A stretch of DNA of 64,000 nt from Phoronis australis (GCA_002633005.1 NMRA01000063.1:186001-250000); one strand, 5' to 3'. Counted from the first letter of the stretch, positions 1-13,293 are shown. The notes: generated by a model not told the origin, from the letters alone. Program-made: numbers and translations.

Positions 1-2629
1 CCACTTTTTGTTGGCAGCCCAAATTTTGCATCTTAACTCGACGTTTGAAAAACATCTGTCGAAAAAAATCCGTGAAACGATGCCCTAACCGAATGACCTA
101 TTTGGATGCGTGGGAACACTTCAGTGAAAATTTCACAACAAAATGTGGTACTTAAGCTGTTTACGTACTCAACAATTAGTTTTTCATGAAATGAATAGCC
201 TCGAAATAATTCCCAACTCCCTCCGTGCGGGTTTTCATCGGGTAATGGCGAGTTTGCTCCTCAATACCCTTCAAGTATGGGAAAAATAGGTCAGTAGCAA
301 AACGACACTCATGTCACTAGTGTTAACATTCTTTCAGAGGTATGAAATAATGCCGTTATTTGGTTTTTACATGTTGAGAAACAACATTTTTTGAAAAACT
401 GAATTTGTTTTACCACGCGCGGTCGTTTGTAGTGCGCTATGATGGGCGCCAGCCTGAACTGTGGGCGCTTATTTGGAAATTCTCAAAAGTTGAGGGGGAA
501 CGCTTAGTACATCAGTGAGCGCTTATTATGCAACACTTCAAAGGTAGGGAGTAGGCTTGTGCGTGAGCATAGTCATTAGACTGAGTGTTTGCAGTAATAA
601 GGTATTGGAAGATTGCAATGGTAAGAAACGTTATAACAAAATGATTTGGCGAGGCAAACTCCATCTAGTAGGGATGGCTTTCTGGATATTGTTACCACCT
701 ACACTGTATCCTTTTTAGCCACCAATAATATTTATTTTTTTAATTGCCTACTTCAGCTAGAACAAGATTGTTTCTATTTGAGTCTGAACATTTAACGGCG
801 ACGGTGGTCCGGGAAGCGAAAAGTTGCTGGGGGAAGGGGGTGTATGAAGAGAAGAATGAATAGTTCGCTAACCACAATTTTGCATCTAGTACCCGTTTAG
901 TTGCAATAGCTGGCTACGGGCACAGAATATAGATTTTAGAGAACATTGACCTCGGGAAACATTGGAACAGGAAAATATCAGTTTTGGGTTACTATATCCG
1001 TTCCGTAACGCATCGGGGGTTTTATAACTGCCGAGAATCTATTGGCACCTAGGTGATTGTCAGAGTTAAGCCAGTATACTCTTTCATTCAGGACTCTGTC
1101 GCTGTTCTCTTTTGATGTACAGCTTTGAAGTGGTGCGCACGCGCGAGTTCACACACTTAAATCGAGTAGGCCTACACTTTACGTTAGCAACAACGTGTGA
1201 AAGACAAATCATATTTCGCGCACGTAGCCCCAGAAACAATTAAAGGGGTTTGAAAATTTATTGGCAACTGAAAGTCAAGACGTTGCCGTCGTTTGGCGAT
1301 TAACAAGTTTGACATTTTCATTTTGGCTGTTTTATGCGATAAAGTAACGATTGTCTGCCGGGACCGCCTGCGCGCTAACAACGGGATCAACCAGTGCGGC
1401 CGCACTGTAATATCAGGGATAATGTCGTGGATATTTAGTAGATGTAATAATGACATCTTACGTGAAAAAAAAATATTTGTCCACCACATAGTTTGGTAAG
1501 CTGACCGCTTAAGATTTAGTAGAAACACCGCTGTTTTGTGACGTTTTATCACGTGTTATGCAGTGGCCCGAAACTTTCTTCCGCGAATCCGGAAATTTCC
1601 AAAAGTGGCCGAAAATGTTAGCCAATGAAACGTGTCCTAGATCGATTCTGCATATTCCATGTTCACGCGACTTGCTAACAAGTCATTGGGAGGGCTGTTC
1701 TCGGTTAGTATTCTTTTGAACTTGGATTTGGCAACAACCAAATAATCGGGTCGGATTAACACATGCTATGAACATTCCCATTAAATAAAATTGGTTCTAA
1801 CCCCGGTGTTTAAGGTTAACGGCGGGGTATGGAAAATTGAACTAGACCGTATTTATCCACCTTGGCTGAGACGCGCTCGGCTCATGTTCAAAGGGATGCC
1901 GCCAAGCTGCTCTATTCATCGAGTCACGAGCGAGGATAATTGACTTCGCTCATGCGGATATGATCAGCTGATTACAGTCTAGCCTAACAACTGTACTTTT
2001 TATGGAGAGAATTTTACGTAGTTTTTACTGTAATATTTGAAAAGAGGAGCGAAAACAAATATGAGTACAACTTTGAATTTTTCAAATCGGCCCAGGATAA
2101 GACATTTTGCAACACAGCAACACTCACGATTACTTTCATTCGGCGCGCACTAATACAAAAATATAGGACCCAAGTTATTTAGATTTTGGAACACATGCAT
2201 TGCAATATTCAAAATACTTTTATTATGAATCTTACAAGCTGTAAAACGACGTTGTTAATTTCATTGTGTTCATTCATTGTCATCCGTCAAATCGGCAATT
2301 TCCGAGATGTGATCTGCGGCGTGCGCGTATGTGTACAAAACACGTGATTGTTATGTTCCTGGAGTACGAAAATTAAGAAGGCTTTAACATGCCGTTATTA
2401 TTGACAGGGACACGATAAAACGAATTTGGATTTTGACTATAGTCTTGATACAGCGATCTGACTGACCACTGCGTCAGTGTCTCCGTTAGACCCAGAAATT
2501 TCACACAGCCCGGGTAGTTCATTTCGTCCCCAACATGTAGATCGAGCCTTGGACTATTAATACTCCACGGCAGAGCTAACGACAGTCGGCCTGTGCACAC
2601 AAAATCTGTGAGTTAACCAGCACTCACCT

Positions 2630-3265
2630 TGCACGTTACAGCCGTTTAAGTGAAAAACAATCTAGTAAACGCCATTTTCTTGCATAATCCTCCGCCTTTT
2701 GTAACAAAAAAGTCTATCGTCGATGACCCGCACACGCACGCTCACTCACTCTCATACACAGACGACCTTCAAAACAAACGTCACGTGACAACAACATGTG
2801 TGTTCATCCAGAGATTTTTCTCTTGTTGTGGAGTACGATGTAGCGCACATTTGGACTTAATCGCAATTAATCTGGACTCCACATGAACTTTAAAAATTGT
2901 AAAACATCAGGAAGATTTCAGGTAATTTGTTGAGTCGAAACTATATTTTTATTCAAGAGTACAAGTTTTCCTATTGACGATGGCGATTCAGCGGCGACGC
3001 ATCAGTCGGCAAGTTTTCGCCCTGTGATGAGCACAATTTTTTGAAAAATTATCGTAATTTAACAACGGAAGTTCATAGCAATGCACCACAATTTTGTAGA
3101 AAGACTGTCATAGGCTAAAAATTCGTCACAAAGCGTAAATTTTATGAATCCTAGCTTCCGATTTTACCCGTTTGGGAAACCGGCTTTCAACTGCCGTAGG
3201 CTACAATAAGAATCCCCTCCCCGTGAAATGATTTTTTCTAAGCGTTTATTAGAGCCAATACAGTA
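2630..3265. mobile_element. Partial copy of the 34011-35388 family; another inverted fragment lies at about 43900-44330
   Basis: Collinear similarity to 34790-35390, ending in ...GCCAATACAGTA. Confidence 0.7.
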
Positions 3266-4732
3266 TACAGCTTTCCACCAAGGCTAGGTGATACTACGAC
3301 ATTATTCTTTGTTGCATTAGTAACTGGTCTTGGCTAATATTATCATTTTATGGCCTGGTCATCCATTCAGCCAAAAGTAGTTCCAGAGGTGGCTTATCAG
3401 CCAATTATTCACGCATGCTGACTCACAATAGAAGCCTGATAAGAGTGAAGGTGGATAAATGCGGTGTTCCTACAGTTTCTTGTTTTAGTGGATGTGTTCA
3501 CGACATGAAGAGTTGCTTTATATTTGCCAGGTATCTGCCAAGAAGTGCAAAAACTCAGCTTATATTCGTTGGAAATTCCAGGTGGCATTTTGCGGCTTGA
3601 TACGAGCTGACAAAAATCTCAGCTCGCATTTCCAAATTTCAGGTCGCAAATGCGACTGTTGTAATCGTCAACATCATTCGTCCTTTATCTTTCTGTGGTG
3701 TCTTGTGATTTGTCAGTTTTATGGTTCCCCGGATGCTTGTTTTATTTAAACTGTTGGCAGGAACCCTGCTGGCAGTCTTTCAGCAAGCAATCAGGATGTC
3801 AGGGATGGGCACCTGGATTGGGTTTTACTGAAGCTTGAATAGCTGTGTTTTAACTGGTGAGTACTTCTAGAGGCCTAGCTAGTGAACCTGCAGTAATACA
3901 ACACGACCTACAGCTCGTTATGTAGAGCCCTGGGAGAGATAAAGACGACGGCGCAATCGACAAGAAAGGAAATCACTTGGAACAGATTGAAGACAGCACT
4001 GTCCTCGCTAACTGTTATTTGATAAGACCAAAAGAAACACAAATGACGAAGGTCTGTTAACAGTTCAGACGACAAAATATTATACTTACAACAGGAAGCT
4101 CATCTTGTTTCTTCTAGCTGTAAACAACCAAAAATAAGAACGACGTTAACGTTCCTAACAGTTCACGACAACATTAAAAACTGAAACGTTTCAAATGGAT
4201 CAGGAATTGGTAAGATGTTGACCGATTGTCAGAACAAAACAACCACACAAAAATGGCCGTATATGTTTTGAGTCAACCCGGAAATCCGATGTGACATCAT
4301 TTCCGAATTAGGTCAGAAGGTTGTACAAGCATAGATTAGGAACTATTATCTATGGTACAAGATTGTTTCAATATTGGCTTTTTAAGACTATTATACCCTT
4401 GAAAATTGCATTTTTAAACATTTAAATTGTTATTTAAGCATTGAAGATCAGGAAATGTCGTCTTGTGCACTCTATTTATTTCGATCTTAGTATTCGACAA
4501 AATCCGTCAAATTCCGGGGTTTCCGGAGCGTGGTTCCTTGACGCCATTGTCACAGGTTGAGATTATCTTCTGAGAATTTTGATTAGTTTTTGTGCAGGTA
4601 GGTGATTCGATTTTTCGCTGATTGTTATTGAGTGGTGCCGTGTATTATTTGTCTCGTAAATGTATACCTCGTTACCTTGTGTGGTAGAGAGAGAGTAACA
4701 CTTAATTACTTGGCGGAATTCTTCCCTAAGTA

Positions 4733-6899
4733 TACACCGGTGACCTAAACTAAAGTCGTGAATATACACCGGTGACCTAAAGTCGTGAATATAAGCATAA
4801 TAAGCAGTTGATTGTCATACTACCCAGTGCCCGTTTGCAACTGCTCATGTGATGTCATGGACATATATCAGCCTTTACAAATGTAGTAATAGCCGAGATT
4901 ACCCTACCCCGGAATCGAACCCGCGACCCCCATAAAACCGGCAAGCGTGCTAACCATTCAGGCATTCAGCTAATAGGCAATTGCCCGTTAGCGAGTAGCT
5001 AACAGATGCTCATATAATTCACCGGAAGAACATCTACAACATTCCCCCCTTTCCTACGGAACGGGCACGCGACAGGAAGGTGAACACCAGGATGTCTCGC
5101 ATACAGGTCATCAACGTCCCTTTGTACCTTTACCACCACAACACAGGTGAACACAAGGTCGTCTCTCATACAGGTCCTTGACTCCTGGAACCTTCTACGC
5201 GCGCTGTCCCGAGGTCCGTGGGTACTAGTTGGCAGTGCTTCATCGGTAGATCATCCGTTTGCCGACTACGCCATTTGTAGTAATAGCCGAGATTACCCGA
5301 CCCGGGGATCGAACCAGCGACCCCCATAAAACCGGCAAACGTGCTAACCATTCAGCTAATAGGCAATTGCCCGTTAGCGAGTAGCTAACAGAGGCTCATA
5401 TAATTCACCGGAAGCACATCTGCAACACAAATATACGTGTTTTGACAATCTTAGTCCTTGTTTGTATCCGTAAACAGTTTTAAAACTTGCTGATATCGCC
5501 AGCCATTTTGAATGAGGCCCTAAAGTCGTGAACGTTTCGTTTAGACGAAAATGCACGAAGTATGACAACACAAGTCAACTACAGTGCTTACAGTTACTCT
5601 AGATGACATAAAAATGCATTGAATTGTTTATTAATTCAGTTTCAATTGAAATAAATTGTTATAAGTTTTGCACCCAAATTTGATGTGCACAGACGTTTTC
5701 AATGAGGTTCACGTAAAACGCTAAGAACCCAGCATCAATTATCGCTCTGTATTTTATTGTTTTGGCCTTACAAAACTTGATCGACCCTGGGACATTTTGA
5801 TACATTGTTCAAGCTACTCCTGGAGCGCGTGTTTGAGTAAATCTGAACGATAAATATTTTCGAAAGTATATCCCAAAAATGCCCAAAAAAGTGAATTAGT
5901 GAAATATGCTGTTTTTAAGATACATTTGAAAAAAGAAGCCACTCACTCACTGTTTGTTATCATATTGTGAATACGAACACGTCCGGGTATTCGTTTGACG
6001 TTCGTAAGCAAACGAACTCTGGAAACTTCAACGCCAGATGTCGCAGGACCGCGCAGAAGAGGAAATAAGATCGATCATGACTTTAGGGCACTCACGACTT
6101 TAGGACCTCTGACGGTATATGCATAATAAGCAGTGGATTGTCATACTACCCAATGTCCGTTTGCAACTGCTCATGTGATGTCATAGACATATATCAGCCT
6201 TCACAAATATACATGTTTTAACAATCTTAATCCTTGTTTGTATCCGTAAGCAGTGTTTTAAAACAGTCGCTGATATCGCCGGCCATTTTGAATGAGGCCC
6301 TAAAGTCGTGAACGTTTCGTTTAGACAGAAATGCACGAAGTATGACCACACAAGTCAACTACAGTGCTTACAGTTACTCTAGATGACATAAAAATGCATT
6401 GCATTGTTTATTAATTCAGTTTCAATTGAAATAAATTGTTATATGTTTTGCACCCAACTTTGATGTGCGCAGACGTTTTCCATGAGGTTGTTCACGTAAA
6501 TTGCTAAGAACCCAGCATCAATTATCGCTCTGTATTTTATTGTTTTGGCCTTACAAAACTTGATCGACCCTGGGACATTTTGATACATTGTTGAAGCTAC
6601 CCCTGGAGCGCGTGTTTGAGTAAATCTGAACGATAAATATTTTCGAAAATACACCCCAAAAATGCACAAAAAAGTGAATTAGTGAAATATGCTGTTTTTA
6701 AGATACATTTGAAAAAAGAAGCCACTCTCTCACTGTTTGTTATCATACTGTGAATACGAACACATCCGGGTATTCGTTTGACATTCGTAAGCAGACGAAC
6801 GCTGGAAACTTCAACGCCAGATGTCGCAGGACCGCGAAGAAGCTGAAATAAGATCGTTCACGACTTTAGGGCACTCACGACTTTAGGATCTCTGACTGT
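4733..6899. mobile_element. Tandemly duplicated non-autonomous TIR element (about 780-bp unit; the first copy carries the TRIM)
   Basis: 4794-6116 and 6121-6899 are near-identical apart from the TRIM. Inverted CCTAAAGTCGTGA / TCACGACTTTAGG motifs mark the ends, with TA flanks. Confidence 0.75.
4882..5427 (-). mobile_element. TRIM (miniature LTR retrotransposon) with tRNA-derived LTRs, Helenus-like
   Basis: TG...CA LTRs at 4882-5041 and 5276-5427. PBS TGGCGTAGTCGGCA (5273-5260) is complementary to a tRNA-Ser 3' end. PPT AGGAAAGGGGGGAA (5055-5042). 4-bp TSD CAAA. A and B boxes (TAGCTGAATGG, GGTTCGATTCC) lie inside the LTRs. Confidence 0.9.
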
Positions 6900-8736
6900 A
6901 TGTTGATCTGACAGCAATTTTTTTTTACTTGGCGAAATAAGTATGTTGGTCTTACATCAAGTTTATTACTTGGCGAAATAAATTTCGCCAAGTAATAAAC
7001 TTGATCTGTCACTAATTTTTTTTTGTTTGTTCACACGATACAGGTCGCAATTTTCGTCCGATCATCACGAAATTTACACATAACACGTTGTAGTTCCGGA
7101 AGTACTGGAAGCCTATTATTTTTCGTCATAATCGGATCCAAGACAGGGCTCAACACTAACGATTGCCCGTGAACATGTAGATTTTGCGTCGGGCAAGTGG
7201 AATTTGAAAAGTACTTGCCCGATGGGCAAGTTAAAAAGCTAGCCGCATAGGCAAGTAGATCCTAAGATTGTCTGCTCGACATTTGCTCCAAAGTAACGAA
7301 CCCCGACACAAACCTAAAAACCATCGAAAAAGCCGCTGTGGCCGTCAAAGAAACTCTCGTCTTCGAATGAGCACCGAACGGAAAATAGAACGAGTGCGAT
7401 AAAGCGTGCATAGATGACGCTCGCGGTCAAATCCTTTCGATTCTCTGAACGTGCCCTGCAGTTTCTGAATAAGTTGTCACGTGATACTACTGATCGTCTG
7501 CACTCTGGCAAAACGTCTAAACATGGAAGCCGTCCACGCCTGGACGGCATTGGTTTAGTTGCTAGAAAACGAGTTCAGGAAGAATCAAAGCAATAATATG
7601 AAACGAAAAGAGTGCGGGGATGGGTTCCATCATGGGAAATTAGGTTTTCTGGCCTGCGAGACGGTGAACAAGGGATGACGTTTGATTTTTGCCGGCATTT
7701 ACCCATGTACAGCTGGATGCACCGCGTTCGTCAGCGGATGTAAGTCATACAGATAAGCGCAAAAGCTAAAAAGTGAATGATTGACGACATATTTTCTACA
7801 CTACACAGCAGTTTAAAAGGCCTGGTATTTATTCAGGGGGAATTCCAAAGGAAATTCTTATGAATTCCCGGCTCCCGGTGGCGACTCCCGAAAGAAGAGG
7901 AATACGGTCTTCGGGATTGCCGTTCTGAAGTCTGAAGGGTGACTTTTTCGCGGTCTATCTTTTTTTCAAAAATGTAATTATTTATTGAAAATAAAAGTAT
8001 ATGTGGCATTATTATATGTTAAAATTTGATTTTAATTTAATACAAGGTACCGATGACCAAAACTGTGCAAGATTTTTACGGATAGCAAAAATTGAAATTC
8101 AGTTTAGCAACAACTCAAGTTTAATGCATGAGTGCGTATAAACTAATGAATACTCAAAAGTGTCTAGAGTTCATGCCCTAGCTCATTTCGGCGCCTGTGA
8201 ACGTGTGACAATGCTTCAGATACCTGAGTTACTCTTCTAATTTCTCTCTCTAGTGTTTTGACACACCTTATAAATAAATGTTCTATAAGGAGAATCGTTA
8301 AAAAAATAGCAACTCGTGTATATAGCGTGCACAACACAAGAGGAGGCTCAGCACAGGCAGCCCTACGGTAACACATTACCTATGTGCACATGCACACTGC
8401 TATTTGGGATTGTACTTGGGGCAAGTGAATTCGTTGTTCGGGCAAGTAAAAATTTCAACTACTTAAAAAGTTAAAGGCGAAGGCAACCTTTTTCCATGTC
8501 ATTTTGAGCTAAAATAAGGTTGGTTGGTTATCCTAGACATATTTTCCACTTAATTACAGCTTTTCGTAATTTTATTAATTACTCCGCTCTTCCGGAAGTG
8601 ACGTTTTAGCAGGCAAGCATTTCGCGCCAATTTCTTTTCCTATAGTCTGACTGTGAGAGCTGCCGAGTCAGTCATTGTTCTACCTCGGTTTTGTTAAGTT
8701 CCGTCGTCGTTTACTTTCATTTACTAGTCAGTCAAT

Positions 8737-9490
8737 ATGCCACACTGTTGCTGCGTACCAGGATATACTATTTATCGGCTCGCGCGCTTTGGGAGTACCT
8801 TTGCATTGCTTTCCGATGGATGACACACTTCGCCGTACTTGGCTCGTTCGTGTGAAGAGCGCAGCGTTACCCGTCCACGCAACGTACAAAGCAGTGGAGA
8901 ATTACCGTGTGCGTGGCAAGCACTTTCTGCCGTCCGATTACGAAAGGGATTTGTACGCTGAACTGATGAAGGTCCCTGCGAAACAACGTCTGATGAAGGT
9001 TGTCATTCCGTCTGTGTTGATTTCCGGCAATGCCCCGTCGCCACCCTCGAGAAGTGCGTATTTGAAGCGAGAAGCCTCGCGAGCTGTGGCCAGTACAGTG
9101 ACGGGAGCCAGTGGAGGCACTTCATCTACTGTCACCCGTGCCTCCGAACGTACCCCAGAGCGTGCAATTCCTGGAACCAGTAGTGATTCGTTGTGTGCTG
9201 TTTTCTCCAGCCCAGAGCCTCTAAGCAGCCCTGCAGCGATATTGAGTAGTGAAAGTGATTACAGGCTCAGTTCGACACCCAGTAAAGAGTTTATTGTGGA
9301 CTTGTCTAAAGTGTTGGAGCTATTTAGAAGGTGACAGATGTGTGGCGAGGGAGTCACACGACACGATGTAAGCAGTTTGGGTGCTCAGGTCACCATCCAG
9401 TGGGAGTGTGTCGCGGGACACTCTGGCAAGTGGGACAGTTGTTCCTCTGTCCGTGGTATGCCGGAGGTCCACTTAACCATGTCCAGTAGT
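8737..9490 (+). pseudogene. Kolobok transposase N-terminus (THAP domain plus CxxC...CxxGH zinc finger), disrupted and truncated
   Basis: MPHCCCVPG start, then a frameshift into LHCFP...W...KHFLPSDY...VIPS (THAP). An in-frame TGA at 9332-9334 falls in FRR*QMCG...WECVAGHSGKWDS. No DDE domain remains. Confidence 0.85.
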
Positions 9491-9780
9491 GGCTTGGCCT
9501 CGACGAACTCTGAACAGCACAAGCATTCCATTGAGGTAGGCATAACAACGCACACAGTACATTTGCACCAAGATGTGTCACCATGTCTGTCCTCAGTAGC
9601 TGCCTCGTTTCTCTCAACAGCTGCCTGTGCCTGTGCGTACTCTGCCTCGTTATACTCGGGCTCAAACATGTACCCACCCACTGAATGTCCGTGAAAAAAT
9701 TCCTCGTCACCACTGCTGTGAAAAGGGTCTCCGTCACTCACACTACTGTCACTGTGATACGGGTCACCAACTCCAGCCAT
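9490..9780 (-). pseudogene. KolX (P2X7-ballast-like Cys-rich protein) N-terminus, truncated
   Basis: GYMFEPEY...WCKCTVCVVMPTSMECLCCSE motif in ORF 9385..9798(-), opposite the transposase. Confidence 0.8.
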
Positions 9781-12700
9781 TTTCAGCTTACAACACACTA
9801 AACAATCCCTAAATCCAACGTAGTTGAGTTCTCTACTAACCTATCTTGCCGCAGAATACTCGCCGATGGAAAGTGGTGGCGACAATTGTTGAAAAACAAC
9901 ACAAAACAAAAGTAGAATAGAACAGGTTCGCACGGTAAAGTCAACGCAAAACCAAGTGGTGGGAAACGCTTGCCTCCTAAAACGTCACTTCCGGAGTAGC
10001 GGACGAGTAATCTATAAAATTACGAAAAGCTGTAATTAAGTGGAAAATATGTCTAGGATAACCAACCAACGTTATTTTAGCTCAAAATGACATGGAAAAA
10101 GCTTGCCTTCGCCTTTAAAGTTGAGCCCTGCAAGATGGCGGCTGTGGCGGACATTTTGTTTTCATTTTAAGATTCAAAGGCTTCTGGAGGCTACAATGTT
10201 TTACGTACAAGGCTAAGAATCGGCATAGTAAATGGACCGGAAGTGTGCTACAAGTATACCGGAAATTGTTAACTTCCGGTTAAAGATGGCGGAAATTTAG
10301 GCGATCGCGCATGCGCACCTCGATTTTGGCCTAAAATCGTTTTCTCCTGTAGAGGGCGCATTATAGGGCTAATTCCTTCGATTTTTTCAGATATTAGTTT
10401 TTTATGATATGCTATTAAATAAAGCCAAAAAACCGGAAGTTGCTTTCAAGATGGCGGATCTGGCGCATGTTGACCCATTTTCAGTCTTGCTGGAGTGCGA
10501 TTTTAAACGGGAAGAGAAAAAGACGTGATTTTTTGCATGTGGATTCTCTCACGTATACTCTTTCAAATGACCTGTAACAATTTTTTTCTCAGACTTACCG
10601 TTTTCGAGTTATTTGACTTTGAAATTCTTAAAAAAAAACACGAAATTTCATTTTTTTTGAAAAATTTACAGAATTAAGCGATACCATCAGTTTAGATAGA
10701 ATTTTGAACGGGCTTTCAGAAGATGTTTTCCATTTTTCGCTAGGACTTCTACTTTTTGAGTTATTTGATATTTTCTGATAACGCTGTTCCTTTGTTGAGC
10801 ACTCTTGCTGCATTGATGTTGGTTCAGCTTCCATTGAACTAGACGGTAGCCTATTTCTTATTGATTTATGACATCTAAGTTCGCCATATGAATGTTATGA
10901 TGTTGTTCATAATCGCCACCACCAGTATCATATCATCTTCGTCATCATCTCCGACGTCGTCTTTTCTTCGGTTAATTTCGACAAGTGTCGCTCAAGACTG
11001 TAGCATATTTCTTAGTGGTTACTGACCTCTACATTTGTCATATGAATGATATCATAACTTGCATTGTCCATCATCGCCACCATCGTCATCATAGCTGTCA
11101 TCTTCGTCATCGTCTCTGTCGTCTTCTTTTCTCCTCATCTCTAACGTGGTTTTTTTGGTTAATTCGCCAAGTTTCGCTCCTCTTTTTTTTGTTTGTTCGA
11201 TCTCTACAGGTTGCAAATTTCGTCAGATTTTCACAAAATTTGGACACGACGTGTAGATCAGAAAGTCCTGGAAGCCTATTGTTTTTGGTCATGATCAGAT
11301 ACAAAATGGCGGACGTGGCGGCCATTTTGTATCCGATTTCACAGTCAAATGCTCATAGAGGCCGCATTTTTCAACGTACATGGCTGAAAAACGGTACGAT
11401 TATACTAGAACGCACGTGCTACAAGTGTGCAGAAAATCGTTGACTTCCGGTCAAAGATGGCTGAAATATTGGAACTGGCACATGCGCACCCCGAAATATG
11501 GCCAAAAACGTTTTCTCCTGTAGAGGGCGCATTTGCGAACCAATCACTTTCAAACTGGTCACGTGTTTGTTGAGTTTAATAAGCTTTTATAAAAGTTTAT
11601 TGAACCGGAAGTCACTTTCAGGATGGCGGCTGTGGCGCATGTTCACACGGTTTCAATCGTTCTGCTGTCACGTTTTTAACGGGAAGAGCAAATGACGTGA
11701 ATTTTTGCATGTGGATTCCTTTAAGTATGGCCTTTCAAAAAGGCTCCGAGAGCGTATTTCTCCGACTTACCGTTTTCGAGTTATTTGAATTTCAAGAAAA
11801 AACAGCAAATTTTCAATTTTTTCGAAATTTTTTTTGATTTTTGCCAAACTATCACTTTAGATAGAGTTTCGAATGGGCTTCCAGAAGATATTTTCCATTT
11901 TGCGCTACGACGTCTACTTGTTGAATTATTCGAGATTTTCGGATACCGTTGTTCCTTCGGTCGCCTATGCAAGCACGCAGCTGGCTGGCTTTCAGTTCAC
12001 TTTGTTTTGGTTATGCCTTGTTGACCCCGACTGACCCAGCCAGCACTGTCCTACTGTAGACTGTAGAATTCCAGGCCAAATACTTATTGCTCTGCAGACT
12101 GTCACATAGCGCCACCTATTTTGGAATGTGGGAACAAAGCATGGCTTGTCCGTCATGTTGCGCCATCTATTGTTCTTTATTGTAGTTGATTGTATGCTCT
12201 CTATTTGATTTGTTCGCTAGTCACATGAATGTTATCGTGTTATTCATAGTTGCCGCCTTGAACGTCGTGATTGTCGTCGTCCTCCCCATCGTCATCTTTT
12301 CGATTAATTCCGCCAAGTGTCCTCCTCCGAGCGCTCTCGTTTATATTTGTTGTGAATGTGATATTCTTTCGTTATTCATCTTATTGTGGCGTCATGCGGT
12401 GCTGTCTTTGTTCGTCCCTGTGTGCATGTATTGTTTTCATGGTGAGCCTGAATATATTACATGACTCTGAGCATGGTTTTGAGGGCTGTCTGGGGTGTAC
12501 ACCTCTGGGCAGTTGTTTACAATATGGCGACATTGACCTACACACATGATTTTAGTATACTCGGGAACCCAATGGTCGTCCGCCTAAGCATAAAACCGGC
12601 TTGTTGTCGTACTTGTGATAACCAAATGTAGCAACTAAAACTATCACATTTACGATATATGTATTAATTAGCACAACTAAGAGTATACATGTGTTCTGGC

Positions 12701-12915
12701 CAACAGCCAGACCCGAACTGGACCACGAGGTCTCTAACAACTTGACTAGACCGTCGAAGACACGCCCACTACATACTAAGACAGTTACCACAGTACTCGC
12801 CTAATTATTCACTTCAGAATTATGCTCTGCATAGAACTTGATTCAAAAGTTGATTCAAAAGTTTTCTTTTATTTATGCTGAGTTGTTTAAACTGTGCATT
12901 GCTTTTCGGCAGCCA

Positions 12916-13290
12916 TTTTTATGCGCCCACATATTTATATGTGGACGCATTATGCCGTCATCTCTGTCCGTCCGTCCGTCCGGGCGGCGTGCGTCCGGCG
13001 TCCGCTGCTCTATCTCCAAAACCCTTTGACATACGTTCATGAAATTTAGCACATATGTTCCATTCATGAATGGGACGGCATGTGCGAACTTTCGGACGGA
13101 TCCGACTACCGGTGTGCCCCCTAGTGGCAATTTTAGTTTTTTACGCTTACCTTTGTATCTTCAAAAGTCCTGAACGGATTTTCATGAAATTTGGTATGTA
13201 GGCACCTNGGTACCAATAAACAACCCTAGAAGGATACCGTATGCGGTGCAATTGTGGGCGCATTTCAACGCTCTGCGTTGCTCTTGTATA
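12916..13290 (+). mobile_element. Short HINE/DINE-1-like (Helentron-associated) element
   Basis: 5' hairpin ATGCGCCCACAT..ATGTGGACGCAT, (GTCC)n microsatellite, one core repeat, 3' GTGGGCGCAT subterminal IR and CAACGC..GCGTTG stem-loop. Confidence 0.7.
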
Positions 13291-13293
13291 ATG

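Larger units (their letters stand above)
8475..10114 (+). mobile_element. Internally deleted Kolobok DNA transposon
   Basis: TIRs of about 150 bp (AGGCGAAGG...CCTTCGCCT), TTAA TSD (8471-8474 and 10115-10118), convergent THAP-transposase and KolX remnants. Confidence 0.9.
7144..10130 (+). mobile_element. Deleted hAT-family element with 5-bp TSD (hAT5-like)
   Basis: TIRs CAGGGCTCAAC...GTTGAGCCCTG, TSD CAAGA (7139-7143 and 10131-10135), subterminal GGGCAAGT/TTGCCC repeats. A decayed TTF-type zinc finger (KRVRGWVPSWEIRFSGLRDGEQGMTFDFCRH / AFVSGCKSYR) lies at about 7600-7755. Confidence 0.8.
6956..12095 (+). mobile_element. Helentron/HINE-like repeat with a duplicated core of about 0.8-1.1 kb, interrupted by a hAT element
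   Basis: Palindrome with a stem of about 24 bp at 6956-7005. 7040-7143 joined to 10131-10830 is homologous to 11205-11995. The 3' end GCCAAATACTTATTGCTCTGCA echoes the 5' subterminal repeat. Confidence 0.55.

Noticed and set aside
4895-4975. tRNA gene on the minus strand (also 5290-5360)
   Set aside because: The tRNA-like sequence is embedded in TRIM LTRs and lacks a convincing acceptor stem.
10985-11443. 152-aa His-rich ORF
   Set aside because: It derives from degenerate (CAT/CGT)n microsatellite and HINE core sequence, with no splice or domain support.
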